DNA of 64,000 nucleotides from Halocafeteria seosinensis (Eukaryota). The stretch is from contig LVLI01000281.1 of NCBI GenBank assembly GCA_001687465.1, positions 62,001 through 126,000 on the forward strand, in the 5' to 3' direction. Below are positions 23,664 to 36,130 of the stretch, piece by piece; within the stretch, counting starts at the first letter, position 1, and every line of letters starts with the position of its first letter. Made by a program: the position numbers and the translations under genes. Under the pieces are notes generated by a model. The model ran no database searches. It had not been told where the DNA came from and was given only the letters and a program-made list of their open reading frames with translations.

Positions 23664-24991
23664 ATGTTGCGAAGGTTCGTGGTGGATGTACCCCGACATG
23701 TCGGTGTGAGAACGCTGTCCACGCCCTCAGCTCCCAGGACAGGGATCGTGATGCTCAATATGGGCGGACCAGGTTCCTTGGATGGACCCCGCGATGGTGT
23801 GCATGCATTTTTGCACCGGCTATTCACGGACAATGAGATCATTCCATTGGGACCTTTCCAAAACTACCTGGTGCGTCATTAGATGTCATGTTGTGTGGAA
23901 TCAACCAAACCCACGCAAAGCGGTGTCGCGCAGGGTCCCCTCATTGCACGACGTCGAGCGCCCAAGGTAAAAGAGCAGTACAAGGAGATCGGGGGTAAGT
24001 CCCCCATTGGCTACTGGACGGACCTTCAAGGGCAGGAAATGTGCAAGAAACTCGACCGAATGTCCCCTGACGTAAGTGGCTTTCGGGCGACTATAAGGAG
24101 GCGTATCAACAGAAAGGTTTTTGTATCATTGTCTGCTACACTTCCTGACCGCAGACTGCCCCTCATAAACACTATGTTGCGTTCAGGTACGCCCCACCGC
24201 TTTCGGAGGATGCGCTGATGCAAATGAAAGAGGATGGAGTGGAACGAGCGATTGCATTCTCACAATACCCCCAGTACTCTTGCACCACCACGGGAAGTAG
24301 TCTGAATCATTTATGGAGAGAAGTGGAACGATTGGGTTTAGAGAACCAATTTAAATGGAGTGTGATTGATCGATGGCCAACACAGCCGCAATTCATTCAA
24401 GCGGTCGGAAAGCGCATTATGATGGCTCTGCAAAAAATACCTGACGAAGAATTAGAACACACAATAATCCTGTTCACGGCGCACTCGCTGCCGGTAAAAG
24501 TGCTTGAGAAAGGCGACCATTACGCCGCCGAAGTAGCTGGAACAGTACAGAGGGTAATGGATCATCTGAGGGAAACGGAATTTCAGTCACGAGCGGGCCC
24601 GCGTCATCTGCTCTCTTGGCAGAGTAAAGTAGGACCGCTGCCGTGGCTGTCTCCGAGTACTGGAGACATGGTAAAGAAATTGGGAAACTATGGTCACAAA
24701 AATGTGGTCGCTGTTCCAATTGCGTTTACCTCAGATCACATAGAAACTCTTTACGAAATTGCTATAGAGTACGCGGAAGATGCACATAAAGCAGGAATCG
24801 AGCAATTTCTTCAGGCCCCAGCTTTGAACGACGAAGAACTTTTCACGGATGCCCAGGCCAATTTAGTGAAGACTCACCTGGAGCGAGGCGACCTTGCTTC
24901 TACACAGTATGCGCTACGGTGCCCCACATGTACAAACGACCGCTGTAGGACCATCGTCAACCCCTTCAAATCAGGTTACCAGCGACTATAA
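23664..24991 (+). CDS. FECH: Ferrochelatase, mitochondrial; 2 introns
   Basis: Motifs GIVMLNMGGP, IGGKSPI, FSQYPQYSCTTTGSS, FTAHSLP, WQSKVGPLPWL and FTSDHIETLYEI; C-terminal CPTC...C cluster ligands; transit-peptide-like start. Confidence 0.95.
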
Positions 24992-25099
24992 TGTATCTAC
25001 AAACAAATACTTTGTGTACCAGTGTTTCCATTGGTTGATGTCCAGGATACGTTCTTCGCCTATCGTCTATGTTCCTTATCTCTAGTTCGGAGCGTCCTA

Positions 25100-28000
25100 T
25101 CAAGGATTAACTTCATACTCCTGTCTTCCCCTTTGCTTTTCTTCCCACTGTTGGCCTTCCCTCGTAGCGATCTTTGCCACTTCTTCGTGAGCTTCTTTCG
25201 TATGATTGTATCCAAGCGAAGCTTGCCGGAGAACCTCTGCTACCTCTGTATCTAAATGGACCCAGTTCTCCTTAAATAAGGGACCTGATATGATGCGCCG
25301 AGCCATATCTAACTTTGGCTCTTTATGCAGGGGGTTATTACAGAGGTCGATAGTTTTTGCCCGAGCCTTACTTTCATCACTGCACCAAGTTTCGCACCAT
25401 AGCCACTCTTCTGGGAGACTAAAAATTGGCACAGCGTGTTGCGCATAGTTCGGTAAGTCCTGATCCAAATTGGACAAGCTGTTAGGATCACGTGCAAGCG
25501 AATCATATATCCCGCGTAGTTTATCTCCTACAGCAGCTTTTCTGAATTTAACGAGGTCTACAACATAAAGAGCCGAAATATGGTAAGGCCGACCTTGCAA
25601 ATGATCTTTCCAATAACCTTGTCGCCAAAACTGGAAACCTAATGTTTCCTCCCGAGAAGTGCAAAATGGAGTATAAGCATATGGAGCTCCTCGCAAGTCC
25701 ATATCCCACAGCTCGGAAAGATCAGCCCGCACTACTTGATCCGCGTCTACAGTGATGACGCGTTTTACTCCAAGGGGAAAGAGGACATCCAAGAATAATA
25801 TTTTGTATCCCCATATGATTCTCTGCTTCTCAGTTTCTTGATGCAGCCAATTTGGCCATTTGTAGGTCACAAACCCTACCTCAAAGTTATATCTCTGGGC
25901 AATATAACCGATGGTGTGCTTGAAATGCTGGGATAGGAAGTTCTCTACGAGCCAGAACTTAACTGGGCGACTCGCTCTTTTCACAACAGACAACATCATG
26001 ATGCGCAGAAATCTTTCATACAGGTGGCCACTCGCAAGAGAAAAGACGTGGATTCTTTCATCTGCATCTGCGTTTGACAGGCTTCCAGAAAACATACTGC
26101 TGACTTGGCTCCACAACGAGCCATCCCCTTCATCTTTGGTGCCAGAGGGGCCCTCGATAGAATCCAACAACTTATCCTTTTCCCTTCCTGGGCGTCTACG
26201 AACGCGCAATTGCTTAATTGGACCCGTAAAGTCTCGTAAAGCAACAGGAAGTTTATCTACTACGGCTTCTTCCTTCCCCTCCTCTTCTTCCTCGTATGCC
26301 CACGGTCTCCGTCTCCCAATAAACTGAAGCCGATCGTCCTGATCGTCGCCCCCTAGAGAAGGTCCAGTTGATACCTGCTGCACTATCTCATATAGGTCAC
26401 TAGCTCGTCCTTGCGCTAGCGCTATTTCCCATAAACCAGGATTCGCTTTCAGTTGGAAGTACCCGAGGTTTTGCATGACCAATGTGTCACTGTAGTATAC
26501 ATCTACGGTATTGTTGGGCTCAGCAGAAATGTTTTTTCCCTCCAAAGGGTTACGAAGGATTAGTTGCAAGCCATTAGGTGGCTGGTGGAGGGTAGAGTCA
26601 TCGCACTGTCCTGCCAATAAAAGGTTGTTGAGACTATAACGTATCTCAATATGTTCGGAAGCTCCATCGCTTTGTTGTCCCAGTCGAAGATTATCGAGAT
26701 CGTAATTGTACGTGGCTGAGGATTCTTGTACGTTCCACGGCTCAGGTGTGTACACTTTTGTCGTAAGTGTCACAGGTGAGCCGGGCAGGTGCGTAAACAT
26801 AGCATGATCAGCGGTAACTTCTTTTAATCCACGATTATCTTTTCCGCCTTTCACCATATAGTACTGACTTCCAGGGGCAACAAACCGGAAGAATGACATA
26901 AGAGGGTTCTCCTTGTAACTAGTCCCCGGGTTGTAGTACAAACGGACCGTGGCTCCCAACTGGTCACGTAGTGTAAGTAGGAGTGGAGCAACCCTCTGTG
27001 CCGCATCGGATACAGGATCGAGAATAGCAACTACATCAATACCTGAAACAGATACTTTTGAGGGAGCTGAACTGAGCATTGTGTGCTGAGATTTTAGCCG
27101 GTTTTCTGGAAGTGTGCGTCTTTCATCCATGGCAGTATATTTCCCCAAAATTGACGAAGCCACAGCGACAACGTTATTCACAAAACCAGTCGTAACTTCT
27201 GAACGCGAGACACTCTTGCTAAAGCCACTGAAGTTCCTAGATGACTCCGACTCCACGTCTGGCAACACAATAGTGGAGTTTTGCACGACTGCAAGCACTT
27301 TTGCGCCCCGAGTAACCTTTTCATGCACACACAGTGTGGCGAAGTCCGCTGAGTCCCACGACTCAGTACCTGTAAAGAAAATCACCCTCCCGTTAGCGGC
27401 TGCGACCCGTTTCCTATCAGGGCCAGAAGAAGGGAACGAGGCTTCCAACACACTGGTGAATGACTTGGTAAACTGATACAATTGATAGTCATAAGGAAGC
27501 TCTTTTCCCTGCTGAAACAGCTTGGTTAATTCTTGGACCTTCTTATATGCATCTGGGTCCAAACGGGACTTTACTGTACTGGATATGTCAGGCAAGAGGT
27601 AGTCTACACAATCTGGGGCGCAACTTTCATCACTCTCATCCAATTCCTTCACCAAAGGAATGATATAAACCTCCAATATTTCAGCAAAAGTCCCTAGATT
27701 GTCTGACTCGTGAGTCGCCAAGAGGTGGAACAAGTTGAACACAAACTTACAAAGTCGATCATGGTGACTGTCGGTACTAAACTCGCTTTTGTTAGGCACT
27801 AATGTTATCCGCACGTCTTGACTAATGTCAAGGGTAGATAGTTCACCAAATCGAGACGAATCGGTGTCGTCCGTATCTTCGTTTTCGCGAGAGGGGAGAA
27901 GTACTCGCAACGCTTCCACGACCTGGTTCAATCCTACGACGGTGCCAAAATCGTCAAAGAGAAAGAGAGATACGGACCGAAGTGACGCGGATGATCCAGG

Positions 28001-30756
28001 AGCACTATACCAGGACAAACCGTTCTGCTGAGCAGACTTAAACAAGGGGGACGATTCCTCAGCACCAAGCTCTAAGAACCATTCTTTTCCGTGCAGTATC
28101 TCTTCGTGGTAATGATCGATCTTGGCCCCGGACGACAATATCGCGCCAAGCACCGTCTGCTTGCTCTCCTTAAGTAGTTTCTCACTCAGTACGTTTTCCC
28201 GAACAAGAGACTGAAGCAAAGACAGTTCTTCCGAAATCAAGTGCATGAGTCCTTGCTGGACATCTATGCCCTTTTCTACCCTTCCATTCATAATGGTAGA
28301 GGGACATGGTAGACCCTTTTGCTTGACCCAATCATCAATTCTTCTTACGTAGCCTTCCCATTCTCCATCCGAATCTCTGAGTACTTCTTCGGCTTCCTCC
28401 TCAAACTCGTCGGAGTCCCATGCCCCGGTAACAGATGCAGCCGCCTCAGCATAAGCTTCTTTCGCAACATTGAGAGGGACACCTGAACTCATGGCAATTC
28501 TTTCCATCTCCTCACGAGAATATTTGCCACTCATTGCCATTTGTCTCATAGACCGTTGAAGTTGTGTACTCCACTGGGAAAATAGCTGCTGTAAAAATGC
28601 TTGGCCAGCAGAAACTGAATGGGTTTTCTTGATAGCCAGGAAGAGCTTCGAGAGCTGCTTCCCTGTTGCATCCTCTGGTTTCCTCTCCTCGGTTATGTCC
28701 CCGCAAGACGATGTGAAGACAAGTCCTATACGAACTGGTAAGGAGGCTTGTACAAGCTGAAAAGCAGAGGCTAACGCTTGCATGGACGCTGGCCGGCTGA
28801 GATCCATAACGAATACGGCTGTATATATATTTCGCCGTATCGCATGGAGCTGAAAGGTAGGCTTTGTCAGTCCGTTAATACTTGTAGGCCAAGCCCGGTA
28901 TCTAGCGTCCTTTTCGACGTTGTTGAGGAAACTTATGACTCCTGTCGCTCCACGCCGGAAGTCTAGGCGAACAACGTCGGTCCCCATTGCTAGAGCACTT
29001 GCATCACTGTCATCTGCTACTTCATCACCCTCCTCCAGCGCAGAATCTTCTTTCCCGGCCACCCGTTGTAACGTTTGTACAGTTCCAAATGATAGAGGAA
29101 GACTGTACAATTGTGACAAAACTGAAGCTTCCTTCTGAAGATCTCGCATTAGCGTGAATAGGTTAAAGCGGATGGAGGTAGCATCTACGGTTCTACCGTT
29201 GACTAGGATAACATTTTGGCCAGGGGCCACGAAGTTTTGGTTCCAGTAGGCTTCGCGACGAAGTTGGGTCGGAACTTTAACCCTGAGTAAGCGCTCTGCG
29301 ATCAGCGGAAAGTTCCCTGTAACACGCTGGAGCATTAACAAGGGATCTGTGAGAGCAGGATCTTCTAATTCCTCCTCAGAAAGGCTTTTGTCATCTACTG
29401 AGGCCATCAGATGAGCCGCTGTCTGAAGTCCGATGTCTTTCCACTTTGCAAGCTTTTGTTCATCCGAATCTTCTTCCGTCTTTGTGGAATCCTTTTTCGC
29501 GGGGCGAAGAGCATTCAACTTCTCGATGTAAAACCCATCGCCAATCCATTCACGAGGAGTTCCTGAGCGTCCCATATTGGCATTCTCTGTGACAACTTCA
29601 TCACCCGTGTTATTGAGCTGTTTATCGTCCATGGCTTTGTACTCCAAATTCTTGATGTCTAACCCTACACCATACCCAGAGAGCCATAGCGATTCCTGTT
29701 TGAGATCATTCAAGTACACCTTACGGGCTTCATCGGTTACCTCTGCGGGACCAGCTGCTTCCCCTGCGGTATGTCGAAGAGCAAGTTGGAAGCCAGTTCC
29801 GTCCTCAAGTTGTTCAGCCACTTCCAGCACCTGTCTGTAAAAAGAATGAAAGTTTTCGGTACCAAGAGTACCATAAAGAAATACGGTAACTAATTGTTGG
29901 CTCGTTGGATCATCTGCTCGTTTAAGCACCTGTGTATGGTCGGCTTCTGTGATCTCTAAGACAGTTTGCGCTTGACCTTGCAAAGCGCTGGTCTTCTCGC
30001 CACCGACAGACTCGATGTTCTGTCTGGTTATCTCTGCAAGGCTGCAGATAGTAGAATAGTGAGAGTTTCCCTCCGCAACATCCTTCCGAAGGACGAGCCA
30101 TGTTTCAACAGGTAGAGGGCATTCTCTGGGAGATGCCAGTGTTACCTGTATCCACCACGTAGTATGTCTGTGTGCTATAAGTAGAACCCAAAACAGAGGC
30201 AGACGTACCTGTCGATGTACCTCGACTGCAGCCGAGTAGGCTCTTGTATCCAAGGCGGTTCTCAGCACCTGCCATCATGCATTCCCAAAGTTGTTTTGTA
30301 TGAAAAAGAGGAAAGCATTCCAACTAACTTACCCTTCTGGTAAGGCCTCCAGTCACTTCATTGGCGCAAGTCTCCGCGGTAAGAAGCAAGTCCCGTTTGT
30401 CCTTGGACGGAGACGAACCTCGTTGACGATTAATACAATCGACAAAGGTCCAGAACAATCTCGGATTCTCATCCGCTATAAATTCACTGCACCCCATCAA
30501 ATGTATCTGTCAGTGCATCCATAGTAGAACAAAGTGTACGATATACCTACCTGGCTTCGGCAATCAGTCCATATCCTTTCCCCAGCGTGGGCCATTGCGC
30601 TTGGACTCTGACATTCATGGAATGTCCAATTTGAGGGCCTTCCTTCTCGGTCTCCGCGGCTGATACTGACAGAATGCTCCATAGTATCACCAGGAAGAGA
30701 CAAAGACTCCTAGTAATTGTTGTGTTGTTCTTGTACGCTGCCGCCATACGCATCAT
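25100..30756 (-). CDS. UGGT: UDP-glucose:glycoprotein glucosyltransferase; introns in the 5' part
   Basis: Signal peptide in exon 1; motifs LSGYGVGLDIK, VFSLASGHLYERFL, WGYKILFLDVLFP, DADQVVRADL, NLDQDLPN and IDLCNNP. Confidence 0.95.
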
Positions 30757-31388
30757 TCATTCACTCACTCACTCACTCCATAAAGGGACTAACTACAATT
30801 GGAGTGTGTGTATGCAGGATAAATGCATGCATGTATTTGTGGTCTACGGTTGCTCACAACAACAATACCAGGGGTATCCGAGTGTGGAACTGGAATGGGG
30901 TTTGTGTGAAGTGGGCTGGGTATACGTGTGGGAAGCGAAGCCAGACTACAGCGTGCATTTAGCCACAACCGGCGGGGCTGTGTACTAGCCTGTGGTTAGG
31001 TAAATGAGGCTGTTCGCCGAGAGTCTTCGTGAAGAAGTTGCCCAGCGATTGGATATTTCTATCAGAGCCGTGAGCTGGAAGAGATGCTGTCGTTTGAATT
31101 GGATCTACTAATACAAGATTTGGTAAATTGGTCAGCAGCTACAACGCAAAACAAGTTAAGGACAAACCGGTTTGACGAACTTTATTGCGCAAGGCATAGT
31201 TTTTTCTGCTAGAGGCAGATTCCGATACACTTGATGAGGAGGGCTTTCTCCTGCTGGGGGTGGCTTTACTTCGTGACTTGCTGACCTGCGGCCTTCATCA
31301 CCACCCCGTGCGGTAGCTCCGGTGGTCCATTGAAAATTGTTCTCCTGCAATACAATATCTTTACCAGAATTTCCTAATACCTGTCTAC

Positions 31389-33170
31389 TCATGAGGATGA
31401 GCTGGAAGTATAGGCATCCTGCGCAGAAGATTCAAGTAAAGTAGGCTTCAGCGACTCTTCACCTTTTGTATCGGCCTTTCCTCGCCGTCGTAACACCTCT
31501 CTTAACTCTGGTACTGTCATCTTGTCGGCCTTCGAAAAAGTTGCATGTTGTTCATCGTTGAGCAGACATCCTTTCACCTTTTCTACGAGTTCCGCTTTGC
31601 GTTTACCTACCAATTCAAGCTCCCCTCCCGACCTCGTTAAAATGCTTCCAGATCAACTACCCGCGCGGTATCAACATTATCCCAAGTCATGCCCTCAGGC
31701 ACCTTTCGTGCTCTCTTCGGATTTTTCTCTGTATTGGTCGTTCGTCCTCTCTTTGCATCTTTGCCTGTTTTAACCACGTGCAGAGGTGGTAGCGTTGACC
31801 ACAACGGGGATGCCATGTCCATGTCATGCATAAGCCCCATTGAAGCATCCTCAGCATGTACTGGTTCCTTAGACTCACGGAACCCTTCGCACCCATTAAG
31901 ACTTACGGGAATAATTAGATGGTCACCATGGGCATGCTCAAGCGCTGCGGCATATGTCTCCTCGCGGATATTCAAAGCGAAAACAAGGCTAATACAGTTA
32001 CTGAACGTAGGACCATACATTTTCAAGTTCGTATCTTCTCAAATTCTTTAAATTCAAGTGACAGCTCGTTCTCGCTCACCTCCGCACCGGCAATTATTTT
32101 ATCCCTTGTCTTCTTCTTTAGCTATTGGAAGCGATTCTGAGTTCCGCATTCTCATTGGTGCTAGAAAGACTCCTCTTGATCTCTACCTCTCTTTCGCCGA
32201 ATGGCCCCGCACAAGTCGCTTTCTAAATCTTTCGGCAACGAGTGATCAATGACTGGGTCGTACGGATCACTGTTCTGCTTAAAAATACACTGCTTTAAGC
32301 CTTTGTAGTTTACCTGCTCCTGCTTCGTCGCATCGCCATTAGCCTTAATGCACTGGTCTATTCAGGCAAGACATGGCGATAGGGCATGCCACATACTAAT
32401 TGTCTCGTCTGGCAAAACACAGGTATTCCATAGTACGAACCGTTGTTCCGACGCTTGTCCCAAACTAGTTGCGTCAAGAAACTGATTATTTTTGAAACCA
32501 TTCCAAAAAATTTCATTGGGGGGTTTTCGAAGACACGGGTTGTCTTGCTCGAGAAGTCTTTTCCAACATCCAAGATAGTGTCCTTCGAAAGTGGTTCGGA
32601 GTCCCTTATGAATCCATCACTATATACAGGAAATGCGGATGTTACGACGAGAAGGTCTTGCATCTTCTGGGCTAGCTTGTCCTTTTTCAGACTTCACCAT
32701 ACAACGAGAAACAGTTCGGTCATTGTAGCCTCTTTGGAAGCAACTGTATCGACTCTCAACTCTCTCAAGGATTCAAATGCTGTCTCGATCCTGCGTATAA
32801 CCGTATACTTCGCAGATTTGACAGTCCATTCAACACTCTCTAAAAGACACTCTTTAATGTTGGTGTCACGAATTGGGATACGCTCTTGTTGCAGACCAGG
32901 TAGCATTCCAGTGTGCTCTTCCCTGCAACACCTTCAATCCATTCCTAAAAGTCAGGTCGCGACTATTGTACGAAGAATCCCAAGCTTTTCAACATCGAAA
33001 TATACCAGTAGGAGACCTTTCACTCTTTGAACATCGAAAAGATCAAAGTTCATAAGATTGACGAGTTCGTTTCGTGATTGTCCAACCAACGCATCCGAAG
33101 TAACTGTTTTGTTCCCTCCAGACAACGACGATATATCCCCAAATCCATTTCCATGAGAGCATCGCAAGCT
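31389..33170 (-). mobile_element. Decayed coding relic with a SWIM-like Zn finger and two SAP-like domains (possible Mutator- or Zisupton-like transposase remnant)
   Basis: Broken frames. CQTRQLVCGMPYRHVL at 32367-32414; VDTARVVDLEAF*RGR../LVGKRKAELVEKVK; KMTVPELREVLRRRGK..TKG. No GT-AG introns repair the stops. Confidence 0.5.
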
Positions 33171-33532
33171 CTATGAACCCGATAGAGCAAACCCGGGGCG
33201 ACTCTTTTCGTATGTCCAGAGTCTTAAAAGCCTATGATAACGCTTAACAAGCTTGGAAACACCGAACTGAGTATCACTCAGTGGCACTCATTCATCACCC
33301 TATCGTGCAAACCTGCCACAAAAGAAGCTCAACAGACGACGCGCATCGTCACAATATAGCGTACAGCTTACATAATGCAATTCCTATTTGCGTGGGATGT
33401 GCTACGTCTGAACTTCGGTACAACCTTCACATCTATTTTACTCAGGGACTAGGGAGTACGAGGATAGACATTCTTCAAACCTCAAGTTTGAAATGATTCA
33501 CACGTACGGGACTGTCTATGGATCGGTAGGAA

Positions 33533-35682
33533 TCAAAATTCTAAAGGACGAACTCGCATAAAGTCTTCAACTACACTATCATCCACCTTCCTTCGATTTT
33601 CTTGCTGGGTTGCAATCATTTGGTCCACCACCTCGATCAACCGCTTCTTCACTTCACCTGTCAACACATTCCCCTTGGCATACTCACGGCCAATATGAGC
33701 CAGTTCATCGTCACTATCGAGGAAAAACCGAAGATATTGGAAAGCTACATCTTGCTCCAAATCAGCACCATGCTTGCGTTGGAGCTCCTCCGTCGCTTGG
33801 CCACCACTAAACGCATGTTTATTTATCTGCATCCCATTTGAAGGAACAGTGTGTTCAGACACCCACCAGAGTAAAGAAACCAGGGTTCTAATATGCTAGA
33901 CGAACCTTTTTCTTGATATCATTATATGTGTCCGTAACATAAATTGCTGAATTTGTTGCACTAGCACTCATTTTACCTTTGGCACCTTGCAGCGCGGGAA
34001 AGAATTTGCTATGTATCAGTGCAGGTTTTTCCCAACCCAGTCGAGGCGCAACGTCTCTAGTCATTCGGAAGTACGGATCCTGGTCGATTGCCTGCAACGC
34101 AAAAAACAATGGGAAACAAAATAATCGCGTCGCGGAGAAAACAAAGATAGTCGAGGACACACATACCTGTGGAATGAGGCACAGCATATCTTTCTTATTT
34201 CCAAACAGATCTGCGAATGATGTGCAGAAAGAGGGTGCAGCTTGTATCGCCGGAAATGCTTGTTTACCAATGTTATCCGAGTCACTAAAACCAAATATTC
34301 CTCGGGATTGGCTAAAGGTAACACTCTTTTGTATCTTAAGGATATTCGGGTACATGCGGCCAACGTAATCAATGTCAGAAAAAATAAACGTCTTCTTTAA
34401 ATCAAACCCGCATGCAATAATATCCTTGGCATTTTGCTTTCCCAGTCGGTACGCCTCTTCAACGGTCAAATCCTTCCACAAGAACTTTTCATCATCAGTA
34501 AGCTGAATAACGACAGGAACGTTGAATACTTCTTGCAGCCACTGAGTGAATTGGAACGGTATCAAATGACCTAAATGCAAGGATTCGGAAGAAGGGCCAC
34601 GACCTGTATACAAGTAGAATTTCTCCCCTTTCTCATACCGATCAAGAAGAACGTCGAGGTCACGATGGGAGAAAAACAACCCACGCCTAAGAAAGCGATG
34701 AGGCTTCCTTCCTGTCAGCTTTTCCATCCTTTCCAAGATGCTTTCATCAACTTTGCTCGTACCGAAATCGCGAAGTAGTTTATTATAGTCCACTCCGTCG
34801 TCCGCTTCCACCTCCCAGGGTGTTACGAGTTGGGCACTTAGATGACCCTCAGCGGCGAAACCAGCATTCTTAGAAGCGGTTTCGTCTTCTTGATGAGTGG
34901 CTGGTTTCCTCTCAGTGGAGGGCTGCTGGAGTCGTTGAGTCTGCCTCTTAGTGCTTTCCACATCCTTGCCTTTTTCTTTCTTCGGCTTTGCAAGATTGAA
35001 TGAAGCTATGTCGTCTATTGACGGAGGATCATCCAGCGTTTGATCAAATGTCACAGAGTCCGTTGCAATGCAGCTAAAATTGATTGTGAGTTCGCCACGT
35101 TTAGGAACATATTTCGTCTTTTCGACGGTGAAGCTCGCGATAAATCCTGTATTTGTCAAGACTGGTTGGTTCTCACTCAAAACATTGAGGTTCCACTTTG
35201 GGATGTATACCAGCTTTAATCTTGTGCTATCTGGGTTCACTAGAGCCACATCGTAGATACAGTAGCCGTAGCGTTCCTCGGCAGTACTTCGGTCCATTTC
35301 AAAGACATATACAGGGACGCTTTCTTTGATTTTCGCTTCCGTTTGATCAATAACTTGTTGGATCTCATCATCCGTTGCAGGACTCTGTATCATGAACGCT
35401 TGCCGTCTCTGAGAAAGGAGTGGGCACTATTGTTCACACCCATCGTTCCATACGTACCTCCTTATCCCGGAAGACTTGGATGGTCAATGCAGCTCGGTTG
35501 CTTCCGAGCAATTTCAGGCTCTTTGTGGTCTGGGCCGTGGGCATCCGAAAAACGGAGACAGCGGCACCCTGTACAGTGCACAATAGAGGTGAGGGAGAGT
35601 GAGGAATCGTCTCGAAGTCATTTCATACCTTGAGCACCCTTGCCGCTGTCTGAATGGCGGCGTTTGTGGCCTTTTCGCTCAT
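33533..35682 (-). CDS. WARS1: Cytosolic tryptophanyl-tRNA synthetase with an N-terminal AlaX/SAD-like domain; about 4 introns
   Basis: Motifs [42 protein letters not shown] and AFSGG. Start ATG at 35682 ([18 protein letters not shown]|). Confidence 0.93.
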
Positions 35683-36130
35683 TTTCGACGATAAGAGAAA
35701 CACCCCCAACAGAGAGGAGAGAAAGAAAGAGTTTCAATACGATATTCCCACGTGCTGTTTCTGAGGTATAACCCTTCCATAAGAAAACAACTCTTTGTCA
35801 TCATCTATGTCGTTCCTCGTTGCGACCGCTCTTTCTTTTCGTCGACTTCGGTCGAGATTGAGGAAGCGCCGCAGCGCTGCATGTATAACAAACACGGTAT
35901 ACAATAATAAATACATCTCTATATGGTTGTATCACCATTACCAGTACACATCTACACACAAGACGTTTATCTCTCCGAACTACGGGTATACATGTTTACA
36001 TTCAGTTGCAAACGTCCTACATGTATCTTCTCAATTTTCACGGATCTGGATCTTGTTGCAACCAGTAAACAGGACGATATCTGTACACCATACAGCTTCT
36101 CAACTGGCGGTTGCTATACCTTAGGATAGA

